Shown: one piece after another, positions 37,236-49,220 of the stretch
Layout of the letters: each line of letters opens with the position of its first letter
How positions within the stretch are numbered: position 1 is the first letter of the stretch
Assembly (NCBI RefSeq): GCF_963921235.1
Contig: NC_086101.1
Span: 70,184,001-70,248,000, forward strand
Source of the DNA: Mobula hypostoma
Taxonomy: Eukaryota
DNA: 64,000 nt
Reading direction: 5' to 3'
The notes under the pieces: model-generated
Told to the model about the DNA's origin: nothing
The model's input: only the letters and a program-made list of their open reading frames with translations
Database searches by the model: none
Position numbers and translations under genes: made by a program

Positions 37236-38412
37236 TATATCTGATGATTGAAAACAAAGGGTTTGGATGCCAGAAAATAAGAATAAGTATCGTTTACAGC
37301 AAAGCATGAATGTATCTTTGTCTGTTACACAGGATGTCATTTGTAGGTGCCATATATCACAACTAATGATATCAGATAAAAAGACAAATGCCTAGAATTT
37401 AGAATTACTTCTAAAGACTCTGTGGTCACTGTACATCTAATCAATGGCTTTTGTTCATTGACACACATTGAAAATTTAGTAGCATCTGGGACTCATAACA
37501 TGAAATGAGGTAAGTCTCACTCAAGCTAATTATTTTCCTTTGCTTGAGACAGTATTATAGAGTACCCAAAGAAAAATGAGTAAGTCCAGGGGCACGGCAA
37601 GTTTTGGAGAATTAACTGGAAGACACCCAGGGTCATGATTAGAAGTGAGGTCAGAGCAATTAATGATCAATACTTTTATACCATGTATATTTTAAATCAC
37701 TAAATACAAAAACAAAATTAGGCAGTGTTATTTGACTGACTGAACATCTAAGTTTGCTTACATTACGAAGCTAGATGGGTAAATAAATTGTGGTTTTGGT
37801 ACAAAGTTTGCAATAAGTAATTCAGAGGTTAAATGAGTGATGAAGAAATTTGCAAGTACCCTTTATCGAAGGAACAGAAAAACAGACTTTTTTGAATGTC
37901 ACGAGGAATCAGTACACGGTGAAATGTGGATGTACCGCCACAGCGAAGTTAGAAAGCTGGACTGGTAGATTTAATACAATTAATAGAAGGATTAGAGTGG
38001 AAATCTGCTCCTCATTCCATGTAAAGAGGTGTATGAATCTGCAACACACAGCCCTAAAGCATGATGGAAACTCAAATCTTCATGGCATTTAACCAGGAGA
38101 TGGATGTGGGCTGAAAAACCTGCAGGGAACTTGTGTCTGCCTTCTTCTAGAGTTGTATATTTTATGTCATTGATCATAGTCTCAGTATTTAAATAGCCCA
38201 TCGAGAACGTGCCAACAATCCATTTACAATGATGATTACTACCAGTCTGTAATTTTATCATGGAAGAGTTTAAAACATTTTTCAAGCTTCACACAGATGG
38301 CTTTCTAGTCAGTTTCTTGTGAATAATTCAATAAGATCATTTTCAGATTAGCAAAACCATTCTGGTGCTTTTCCACTCACCCCTTTGCCAGAGTGTGGGT
38401 TTTGTTGCTTAA

Positions 38413-38832
38413 CCCTTACATACTGTTCATATTCTATACCTTCAAAGTATGGTCCTGGTCAATTTTGACCCAGCCCAAGAATCCCCTCATAACAAGTGTC
38501 TATACCAAATTTTGAACCTCAGGTCTATCTAGAATGTATGAATAGTCTATCTGACATTAATAAATGGGTGATTCATCCTTAATTAATGTTTCAGAGATCT
38601 AAAATCCATTTCAATAGGTACGGGTCAAATTTGACCCGGAACAGCCTCAATGTACAAAACTTTGTAGCACCTGTACAAAAGTATAAAATTTTTAAATATT
38701 TTCATTTTTGCGCATTTTGGGGCACTTTAGGAAAAGTCATCAAATTTTGACTAAAAAGAATGGCATTTAGGGTGTTTTTACTGCTGTCAAATGTCAAAAC
38801 AGGTCAAATTTGACCCGGACAGTATGTAAGGG
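38413..38832. mobile_element. piggyBac-superfamily MITE (420 bp)
   Basis: TTAA on both sides (38409-38412 and 38833-38836); perfect 14-bp TIR CCCTTACATACTGT / ACAGTATGTAAGGG; three internal GGTCA-N4-TGACC palindromes. Confidence 0.9.
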
Positions 38833-40329
38833 TTAAGATGAGTCTATCAACATTCTGAAAAGGAGGATTGCATACTGATGGATTTAGAATGTTTCCTAGC
38901 TTTTGCTTCTTGAACATTGGATGGAGGAATCAGATGTTGGTTCCTTGTGTGCACTGATCTCACTAGCGTCCCAGTAGAATAGGTATTAGTACAAACATTC
39001 ACAGAGGATAAATCTTTACTTTGCAGTTAAAAAAAAATATATTAAAGAAACACTTCAAGTAACTTCACAGCTGCGGACTACTGTTCACTCAAAGCAATGG
39101 TGCATGCCTAGGCTACCTCAGCTGAGGTTTTTGCTGCTGTTTGTGAATGACCCTGGAAAGGCCAGAAAAACCTCATGGGGATGAGCATATACATATTGCC
39201 GGAAAGAGTACATAAGTTATTTATGTCTGGAAATTCATCAGTGTTTCCAGTGTAAAAAGGATGTTTTTGGTGGTGGCATTAATAGCATTTAGAGTAGATT
39301 TCAATCTGAAGGAATTGAGCTTTTGAAAAAGAGTAGATCCAATTCTAATTATCATTTAATGGGTGGAAGGATAAAAACCTACCGTACACGATTAATGACA
39401 TTGGATCTTTATAAAGTGAGAATATTTGAATGCACAGTTATCTATTACAGATAATTCATTTCCATGTGTTTATTTAGGAGATTTAAAACCTCTTCAGTTT
39501 CCTCAGCAACACAAGCTGTATGGTGCCAAATATAGAATCTCCTCTAGAAGACTAAATATTAGAAACTGTCTGCATGGGGCTCTTGTCTCATGCTGATTAA
39601 ATTAGTGCTGAATTTGATAACAGATTGTAACATTGGTCGGAGTAAGTTTACTGTTACATAAACTGGAGACCAGGCTTTGCTGTTCCACCATGGCCTCTCT
39701 CTCTGAAGCTCATATGGTAATTACTATGCAAAAATCAGACCTTTTCCCCGCCTCAAAGTAGAGCACAGGTTTGAAATGTCTGAACACTCATGGACAATCC
39801 CGGTAGTAACAGACCTCAGTGTTGCTTAAATGGCATTGTCCAAGAATCGAACGTATCTACATTGATGTTGCTACCCTGACTACAGTACAAAGGGTAGGAC
39901 ATTACCAGCTCAAAGGACAAGCTGCTGGGTACATCTTTTGCAAGGGTAAATAGGAGAGAAGTGCCTTCCGCATTAGGTTAAGTTTTGAAATCAAGAATAC
40001 AAACCTGGCTTTGCAGTGGGATATTGGTTCTTGCATTGAAGAACTCATCTGAAACTCTTTCTTTGATGGATCTGTCTTTGACTCCTTCCCATTATCTTGT
40101 CCAGTTGACTATCAACACGTAGATAATAAGTTGAAAAGGCCACATATCAGCTGAAAAACAAAACTGCTTATTCATGTGCTGAAGAACTAAAACCTAGTTG
40201 AGGGGAACATCAGACTTATTGCACATTCCTAATTCTATTACATCTAGGAGTAGGAGGACGTGCAGTAGGTCTTTGCAAATTATTCATGACCATCTTAAAA
40301 AAAAGGAGACAGATTCAATTGTATTGAAG

Positions 40330-40412
40330 ACAGAGGCGTCTCCCTGCTGCCTGCCACAGGGAAAATTATTGCAAAGATCCTGCACAGACGCCTCCTCCCA
40401 ATAGCTGAGTGG
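40330..40412 (+). mobile_element. RTE-type LINE RT fragment
   Basis: Translates with a frameshift to RGVSLLPATGKIIA...RLLPIAE. Confidence 0.45.
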
Positions 40413-40458
40413 ATTCCATTCATCCATTAGCACAATAGCCACTATAGACACTGTACAG

Positions 40459-40634
40459 TGTCGTGAATTTAATATTTGTGCAACATTTGATAAAGCATTC
40501 CTGTTTGTTTAAATAATTACTAGTTATATGTAAAAATACTTTAATCACATACATCATCATGCTTAAAGATGAAGTTAGACCTGCATTTCGTAGTTCTGTA
40601 TTTTCCTTTGAATTAATTTGATGTTAACAATAAC
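40459..40634 (+). mobile_element. Degenerate solo LTR related to the Gypsy LTR at 52291-52531
   Basis: TG..ACA ends. Colinear with the reverse complement of 52291-52531 (ATTTAATATTT, AGTTATATG, CATACATCAT). Confidence 0.5.
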
Positions 40635-41191
40635 AAAATGCAAGGTAAACTGTTTCAGTTACAGAGAAAGTGTAACTGCAGGCAGACTGTAAGGTGCAAA
40701 GTGATGATGAGGTAAATTGTGAGGTCAAAAGCCCATCTTACCTTTCGTGAGGTCTTTTAATTAGTTTTAGTGGGATAGAAGCTGTCCTTGATCCTGGTGG
40801 GAGTCTTTACTATCTTCTCCCCGATAGGAGGAAGATGTCCAGGGTAGGAGGGGTGTTTGATTATCTTGGCTGTTTTACCTAGGTAGTGAAAAGTGTGGAC
40901 AGAGCCTATGGGGGGGAGATCACGTTTTGTGATATGCTCTGTCCACAATTCTACAGTTTGTTGTGGTCTTGGGCAGAGAAGTTGCTATACTAAGCTGTGA
41001 TATATCATGATATATTGGTTTCTATGGCACATCTGTGGAAATTGGTGAGGGTCAATGGGGACATGCCCAATTTCTTTAGACTCCTGAGAAATCAGAGACT
41101 TTGTTGAGATTTCTGGGTCATGGCATCCTGTGGCAGGGCCAGGACAAGCTATTGTTAATGTTTACTCCAAAACAATTGAAGTTGTTAACCA

Positions 41192-41404
41192 AAACAGCAC
41201 ATACAAAATGCTGGAAGAACTCAGCAAGCCAGGCAGCATCCATGGAAAAGAATAAACATTTGACGCTTCGAGGCGAGACCCTTTGTCAGGACTGGAAAAG
41301 AAATGAGAAGTAAAGTAAGAAAGTGAAGAGAGGAGAGGAAGAAATACAAAGTGGTAGATGATAGGTGAAACTGGGGGAGGGGAGGGGTGAAGTAAAGAGC
41401 TGGA
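41192..41404 (-). mobile_element. PLE terminal fragment with degenerate hammerhead
   Basis: PLE tail homology; imperfect flanking repeat AAGTTGTTAACCA / AAGCTCTTAACCA. Confidence 0.7.
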
Positions 41405-41486
41405 AAGCTCTTAACCATCTCGACCTCAGCACCATTAATGTAAGTACCCTCAATTCTTGAAGTTAATGATCTGCTCTTTTGTTTTG

Positions 41487-41645
41487 TCGACGTTTCGGGC
41501 TGAGATCCTTCGTCAGTCCTGACGAAGGGTCTCAGCCCGAAACGTCGACTGTACTTCTTCCTATAGATGCTGCCTCACCTGCTGCGTCCACCAGCATTTT
41601 GTATGTGTTGCTTGAATTTCCAGTGTCTGCAGATTTTCTCGTGTT
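41487..41645 (+). mobile_element. Mini-PLE with inverted hammerhead duplication
   Basis: Perfect 15-bp TSD TGCTCTTTTGTTTTG (41472-41486 and 41646-41660); 31-bp inverted arms at 41486-41516 and 41519-41549. Confidence 0.9.
41514..41551 (+). ncRNA. Minimal type-I hammerhead ribozyme, best-conserved copy
   Basis: CAGTC CTGACGA A GGGTCTCAGCCC GAAA C GTC GACTG: perfect 5-bp stem I, intact core, GUC triplet. Confidence 0.82.
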
Positions 41646-41739
41646 TGCTCTTTTGTTTTGCTGACATTGAGAGAAAAATTGTTGTCTTGATACCATGTCA
41701 CGAGGCTAGCCTCCTCCTTGTACTCCAACTTGTTGTTAT

Positions 41740-42556
41740 TTAACACGGTGCGACCACTCTCTGCTGAACATCAACGACTCCTCCGTAGAGATGGTTAAGA
41801 GCAGCAAATTTCTTGGTGTTCACCTGGCGGAGAATCTCACTTGGTCCCTCAACACCAGCTCCATAGAAAAGAAAGCCCAGCAGCATCTCTACTTTCTGCG
41901 AAGGCTGAGAAAGTCCATCTCCCACCCCCCATCCTCACCACATTCTACAGAGGTTGTATTGAGAGCATCCTGAGCAGCTGCATCACTGCCTGGTTCGAAA
42001 TTGCACCATCTCGGATCACAGGACCCTGCAGCGGATAGTGAGGTCAGCTGAGAAGATCATCAGGGTCTCTCTACCCACCTTTACAGACATTTACACCACA
42101 TGCTGCATCCGCAAAGCAAACAGTATTATGAAAGACCCCACACACCCCTCATATAAACTCTTCTCCCTCCTGCCATCTGGAAAAAGGCACCAAAGCATTC
42201 GGGCTCTCATAACCAGACTATGTAACAGTTTCTTCCTCCAAGCCATCAGACTCCTCAATACCCAGAGCCTAGCTTGACACCAACCTACTGTACCCTCTAC
42301 TGTGCCTATTGTCTTGTTTATTATTTATTATTATTTATTGTAATGCCTGCACTGTTTTGTGCACTTTATGCAGTCCTGGATAGGTCTGTAGTCTAGTGTA
42401 GTTTTTGTGTTTTTTGTTATGTAGTTCAGTGTAGTTTTTGTATTGTTACATGTAGCACCATGGTCCTGAAAAACGTTGTCTCATTTTTACTATGTTCTGT
42501 CCCAGCAGTTATGGTTGAAATGACAATAAAAAGTGACTTGACTTGACTTGATTTGA
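41740..42556 (+). mobile_element. Rex1/Babar LINE 3' end
   Basis: VKSSKFLGVHLAENLTWS..KKAQQHLYFLRRLRK, FYRGCIESILSSCITAWF and KDPTHPSYKLFSLLPSGKR; AATAAA plus (GACTT)n tail. Confidence 0.9.
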
Positions 42557-43754
42557 GATTCAGCATAATCTGGTAAATTGTGTTTGACTATGCTCTTTTC
42601 ATCCAGAAGATCAGCAAGTGAATGTAAATGGGCCAGAGCCTGAACATCAAAGAGAATAGGCAATTTGTCAGTCGGGGAGAGTGAGTGGAATCGTCACTTG
42701 GAATGAGCCTGATTTTAGCATGCTTCATTTCTCAGTCACCCTTGTGTTACACCAAACAATGTTTTCCTTAATCAATAAAAATTGAAGATAAAAACTTGTT
42801 AAAACTAGAACCCATTCTATTTCTTTTCAGTTTTACTTCTTGCACTGCAGCACAAATGATGGTTTCATGTAACCATGTAACCATATAACAATTACAGCAC
42901 AGAAAAGCAAATGATCTCTTTTGTCGTCTCCATCTAGTGAGACGGCAGAGCTGCAGGGAGAACTTGGTGAGAGTGCTGATGTATAAATGTTGCAGCCATC
43001 GGTCTGGAGACCTTTTACCCACTGTAAAGAGCTGAGCTCTTCTTGATGATTCAGGAATGCTGTAGTCAGCTTGTCAGTCACATTCACCACATTCAGCACT
43101 TCAGCAGAAGCAGATACCAGCAGAGTACTGTTGGATTTGCGTCATGTCCATTTCAACCACATTTGGTGATAAATCAAAGGAGCAGGAAGTCTATGTCTTG
43201 AGTAATACAGTAGCTATTTTGAAAAGGATATCAGATTATACTAACTTTCTTATTGTGATGTTGGTAACTGCTACCAATCGTTCTAATGTGTCCATACACA
43301 CAAATATTGGAAATAATGCGAAAATATAGTTTATTCCTCAGCACCTCTTGTGCTTAGTTTGTTAGACTGACCTGAAGTAATGATGGTTACAAAGCTTTTA
43401 GTGGGAATTGTGATGAGAGTTGTTTGAGTGAGTGATTTAACCAATTGGAAACTGTGTGGGAACAAATTCTGCACACAGTTTCTTTGAGCCTTATGACCAA
43501 TTACAATTATATGCTTATTTTAAAAGAATTGATTAATCTATTCTTGGAGAACCATATAATTGCTTCAGGATGATATAAATATGTGAAACATGCTAATATA
43601 ATTGAAGTTCTGCCAAAATTTAAATAGGAGCATATCTTTGTTAGCTCTGTAGAAAACAGCTTAAAATGACAAGCTAATTCAGCACCTTCCTATGATTTGG
43701 GTCTGGATGTAACAATAAACCATAGACAGCTGTTATCATGTGAATTGAGTATTG

Positions 43755-44035
43755 GGGATCATAGAGTCACATTAAACAGATCCAAGCTTTTCAATGTACC
43801 AAGTCCATGCCGACCATTAGAAAATCATTAGCATAAATGCTATTTGTATCTATCCACATTCCCATCAACTCCCCCCCAGATTCTGCCTACAAACTAGGGA
43901 CAAATTGCTAACCTATCAAACTGCATGCCTTTTGAATTTGGGAGAGAATGCAAACTCCAGAGGTCTGGATGGACATTGACTCAGTGAAGCCATGGGGCAG
44001 CAACGCATGTTGAGTACCCAACTGTGCCATCCCCA
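43755..44035 (-). mobile_element. Degenerate SINE with CR1-like tail
   Basis: The minus strand starts GGCACAGTTGG (tRNA-like) and shows weak similarity to the other V-SINE copies. Confidence 0.4.
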
Positions 44036-45472
44036 CCATTTTCACTATGCTGAAACTGTCTTCTTTCACTCTCCAATTCTGATCCTTTACTGCAGATTCC
44101 AAAGCCCACTCTGACTATTGCCAACGGAAAAAACAGTTTACAAATCTTTTTGACCATCTGCTAAATTTTGCATTAGAAATACCAAATTTGTGCCCATTTA
44201 AGATTAGGCAGCTTCCACACTTGGATCGATTAGTCTTCTGTCCAACTCATCCAGGTTTCATTACTTGGGTGCTAACCTGATCATTCCTCCCATCCTTCGC
44301 CCTCCAACAGCTGGAATTCATCCCTAGCTTATTTGAATGTTCATCCATGCCTCCTCATCCCACAACCCAAGTTAGCTGGCTAACATTATCTCACAATCCA
44401 CACAAGCTTCCAGTTCAAGCTCAATAACATTATTTTCAAATCTCCTTGCGGTCTCACCTCTCCAAATCTGTGTGAGTGACTACAAGTGTAAGGAAACTCT
44501 ATACCTTAATTATGGTTCCATCTAAATAACCTCACCAATGGATGCGTGCCTTTAGTTGTCGAGAGTCAAAACTTTAATATTTTCAATTTTTCTCTCTTCC
44601 TGCATAATATTCCTGAAGGTTATCTTTGACCAACAAGTCAATTTCTGTTAGGTTCATCTTTGAATGCCCTGGAGATATTTGTGAGTGTTAACAATGTTAT
44701 ATAAATGTGACTTCTTATTTTAAAAATCTGAGTTACTTTGAAAGCTTGAATATCTGATGCTGGGCCCCAGACAGGAAATTCAAATCATGTGTTTGTTTGT
44801 CACTGAAAGTGCTGAGCTTTAATCATTTTTAGATCATCCCTGAGTTGTACTGAGAGTGCCAAATAAAGCTGTATTATTCCTTTACAAACAATTGGATGGT
44901 TTCGGAGTAGCAATAATAATGACAATAGAGGAATCTGTTCTCCTGGGCTATTTTAGAGCCTCTAACCTGCATTAAAAAAATGATGCTCTGTAGTGGATGA
45001 AAGACAGAGTGTTCAGTTGAAAACAACCTTACATTCATTGTGTGTTTAGTACACAGCCTATTGTACATTCTGAGAATCTCCCATGTCAATCGATCAAGAG
45101 CATTATCCTGCACAAAATATGGACTGGATTAGAGCACAAAATGTGGAATGTAGGTCTATAACTACAATGCAAACAGAATGTTTGTGCGCATCAAAAGCTA
45201 TTAGAAATGTCAGAGATAAGAGGTGCTGCAAAGCGTAATCTGACATCTACAGAAATATAGAAAAGATTGTGAAAGGAAATAGATGACAGTGATGCAGAAA
45301 AGAAGTTAGTATTTTTAGATAGTTTCTGGTGTTTCCTACAGAGCTCTCCTTATAGCTCAACAATCTATAACCAATGAGCTGCATTATTTAAACTCTTTAT
45401 TACCTACCTCTGACAGATTTTTAGGACAGAAAGTTCTGAATTTCCATGAGTTCCAACATCAGTTTGTACTGG

Positions 45473-45668
45473 CACGAGAAACATTGCAGATGCTGGAAAT
45501 CCAAAGCAACCCACACAAAGTGTTGGAGGAACTCAGCAGGTCAGACAGCATCTGTGGAAATGAACAAACAGTTGATGTTTCAGGCTGAGACCCTACAGGT
45601 CTGCTTACTCTTTTCCATACTTGCTGCCTGGCCTGCTGAGTTCCCCCAGCATTTTGTGTGCGTTGCTT
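45473..45668. mobile_element. Fold-back (inverted pair) mini-PLE insertion
   Basis: Perfect 12-bp TSD AGTTTGTACTGG (45461-45472 and 45669-45680). A minus-strand arm runs into hammerhead stem II, then a plus-strand arm starts at ~45599. Confidence 0.88.
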
Positions 45669-48007
45669 AGTTTGTACTGGGTTGGCTTGTATCAAGTTTG
45701 GAAGTAATGCATTTGATTAAATTTTCTACAAAAATCACTTGAAATTGCAATAAAATGATAGCATGGGGAAAAAGGCATTTAGTACAACTGGCCCACAATG
45801 GCATTTGTTCAACTGACACAATTGGATTCATGGGTCACATTATATTAATTGCCTCGAGGTGGAAAGACAGCTCATATGAATAACGCATAGTGATGGTATT
45901 GGGCTCCCGGTCTGCAAAACCCTAAACTCAAAAGAAGAGTTTAAGCTCTATCCAATATAGATATCTGCAGGTACCCTCCCTATTGGGAGGTTATACTCTA
46001 TACACGTACTCTTCAAGGATGAACTTCACTTCCCCGTCTAGCCTCTGTAGCAAGGTTTAGCTGCCAGTCCCATGCTTGAGTGGTGTGTTCCCCCTCCTTA
46101 CCAACGAAGAAATTCTTCCAGCCAATGAAGTAGGTTAAACGCAGTTATTTTATTTTTAATAATGTGTGTTTAAATTTTGACAAATAATTCTTAACACACA
46201 TTTATCGCTTACAGAGGATTTCTAATTCATAAAAAGATTTCCAAATTACCCAAAGATAAGCAAACTACAAAAGATTTCCAAATACAAGTACAATTCTTAT
46301 GAACTAGAAAAACATACCAACAAGTTGCAGACAAATGAGACATCTGTTACAGAAACTGAATGTTGAGGAATTAAATCCAGCTCTGTAACCCTATTTTTCT
46401 GTCATTCTCCTTGTCATTCGTAACAATCCCAATACTTGTGATATTTATACTATGCTGCCCTAAATGACTTCATCTGCATGTAATGTTTTCCAGATACCTT
46501 TGTTGGAACAAAGTAGCTCACTCAAATGGTATTTAAGGCTTCTGGTGACAGAGATCCCAAACATCTACAATTAATGCTGTGGGGGCTAACCCTCTGAATA
46601 CACAAAAATCCCAACATGTAACCATGTTTAATATACTAAATGACATAACCTCACTGTCTTTTATTTGGTTCATGCAGACATGAAGTCTCCTGGTCTCTTC
46701 ACTTTGCAAAGTGGACCTCTTAGCAGGCAGACACCCGCTGTGAGCTAGCAGCCTGTATTCTGTAACACTGTTTGCAAAGCTGTGTCTCCAACTTCAAAGT
46801 GATTGCTGCTTACATTAACAACTGGAGACTGGCAATGTTAAGGACAAAAAAAGCTGAGCAAAGAATATTTGTTAAAAGTTTCATTTTATTACCAAGCACC
46901 CAGACCCTTTGGAAAGGTGATGCCACTGTGCTCGAAAGCTGAGTTTAGCAATAAGCCTGTCAGGCCCTGGAAAATGAATAGCCATTACAGTACATCGAGA
47001 GGATAATGTACAGCATGAAGAATAAATATTTTCATGAGAAATAGGCATTTTCACAAATAAATGTTCCACCTGATTTACTACCTTTAAGTGAAAGTTGGAA
47101 TGAAAAATGAGAAAATAAATGGTAATTGGTCAATCAGCCAAACTGGTGCTTTCAGTTGTAAAGTTTGATCATGGCTGATCTTTAGTTTTATTTTCTTGTC
47201 TTAGTTGTGCATCAATTAACTAAATATCTTGATCACTTGTTTTAAGATTTTTGATTCTTCTTTTTCTTCTTCATTTTTAACACCTTTCTTTGTATTTCTC
47301 CTCTTTTCCTCCTCTGTCCCTTGCGAGCAGCGATGACTTCCTTCCACTGCAGTTCTTATGTGATAGATGAAGTCAGTGTGGAAATCCTAGACATCTCTTC
47401 TGAGGGGGCATTTGGAAAATTTGTGGTGCCTGTTGAGCTTCAGTATGTTCCTGAAGCATGGGGTCTGAAATCAGGCTTCATGGAAGCCTAATAGAGCAGA
47501 CCAACTGTAATGAAGCTCCCAGTGCTGGGATTGGTAGCTAGGTAGAGGACATGGAGTTGGTTTTCTTTCCTTCCTTTGGATTTGGAGGGTTTGCCAAGAC
47601 ATCTGTGAGCCTTACCTGGAACTGACAGCTTTCTAGCATGAAGTATATGAACTTTCTATTCACCTGTGTGTAACGAAGTGCTTCCTGACATCACCCTTGA
47701 ATCATCCAGCTCTAATTTTGAACTTATGTACCCTTGTTTTGGTTTCATCAACAAAAGGAAGTATTTCTTCCATCTACTCTACCATTCTTTATTATCTTAA
47801 GCATTTCAATTACATCAAAAGGGTGAAAGCCTTGTCTATGCAATCTCAACCTTAACCCTTTTAGTCCATTATAATCAATGAACAAAATAAGCTGAGTAGA
47901 TGTTTGTATGTGTCATTTTATTAATCAGGCATGCCTCTAATCACAATGAGAGCAAAGCTTTCTAAAGACTTTTTATTTGGTGTGGGTTTCCAAAACAAGT
48001 ATTTAGA

Positions 48008-48162
48008 ACGAATAAACTCTTCTTGGACTTTCAGCTAGGTACAGATATCAATTATAACCGACGTTTCGATGACCATGTCTGCCATTGGCAGAGGTTGTCA
48101 TCGAAACGTCGGTTATAATCGATGTTTGTACCCGGCGAGAAGCCTGAGCAGAGTTTACTCGT
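48008..48162. repeat. 77-bp-arm hairpin, probably the fold-back end of a second PLE family
   Basis: Arms 48008-48084 and 48086-48162 with a 1-nt loop. The core ATTATAACCGACGTTTCGATGAC is perfectly inverted and contains the GAAACGTC hammerhead half. Confidence 0.7.
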
Positions 48163-48289
48163 CACGTATGTCAGGAAAGCACTAGATACTTCTTCAGGAA
48201 TTAAGAAATTCAAAGACTTTGTTGAAATGAAATTCAGCAGAACCACAACTATCATAGCAATCTTTAATCCAAAGTTAGTTTAAAAATAA

Positions 48290-49220
48290 TGACAGCGATG
48301 GAAGACAGAATTGATTGCTTTGTTGCAAAGTTTGCCTATGATACAAAGATAGCTGAAGGAGTGGGTTGCTTTGAGGAAGTAGAGAGGCTGCAGAGGACTT
48401 TGACAGATTAGGAGAATGGGCGAAAAAGTGACAGATGGAATACAATGTTAGAAATGTATGTTCATGCACTTTGGTAGAAGAAACAAAAGACCACTATTTC
48501 GATGTGGAGAGAAAATTTAAAAAAAACTAAGATGCAAAGGAGCCTGAGAGTCCTTGTGCAGGATTCCCTAAAGGTAATTTGCAGGTTGGGTCGATAGTGA
48601 GGAAGGCAAATGTGATGTTAGCAATCATTTCAAAAGGACTAGAATATAAAAGCAAGGAAGTAATGTTGAGGCTTTGTAAAGCATTGGTGAGGCCTCACAT
48701 GGATTGTGTGAACAGGTTTGGGCCCCTTATCTAAGAAAGGATGTGCTGTCACTGGAGAGGGTTCAAAGGAGGTTCACAAAAATGATTCTGTGATCGAAAG
48801 GCTTGTCATATGAAGAGCTTTTGATGGCTCTGGGCCTCTGCTCACTGGAATTCTGAAGAATGAGGGGTGGCCTCATTGAAACCTATCGAATGTTGAAGGG
48901 CCTCGACAGAGTGGACATAGAGAGGGTATTTCCTATAGTGGGGGAGTCTAGGACTAGGGGAGACAGCCTCAGAATGAAGGGGTGTCCTTTTAGAATGGAG
49001 GTAAGGAGGAATTTCTTCAGCCAGAGAGTGGTGAATCTGTGGAATTCACTGTCACGGGTGGTTGTGGAGGCCAAGTCATTGGGTATATTTAAGGCAGAGG
49101 ATGATGGATTTTTGATTAGTCAGGGCATGAATGGATACAGGAAAATGGGTCGGCCATGATGAAATGGTGGAGCAGACTCGTTGAGCAAGATGGCCTAATT
49201 CTGCTCGTATATGTTATTGT
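48290..49220 (+). mobile_element. CR1 3' fragment
   Basis: FVAKFAYDTK and MRGGLIETYRMLKGLDRVD...RNFFSQRVVNLWNSL. Confidence 0.88.

Larger units (their letters stand above)
40640..41735 (-). mobile_element. Old Rex1/Babar fragment carrying two nested mini-PLE insertions
   Basis: LVTWYQDNNFSLNVSKTKE and a C-terminal HPSYPGH...TRIKDSFYP segment. Confidence 0.7.

Noticed and set aside
41486-41549. Dispersed palindromic ~35-bp repeats as CRISPR repeats or rho-independent terminators
   Set aside because: The context is eukaryotic, there is no regular spacer array or cas gene, and PLE hammerheads explain them.
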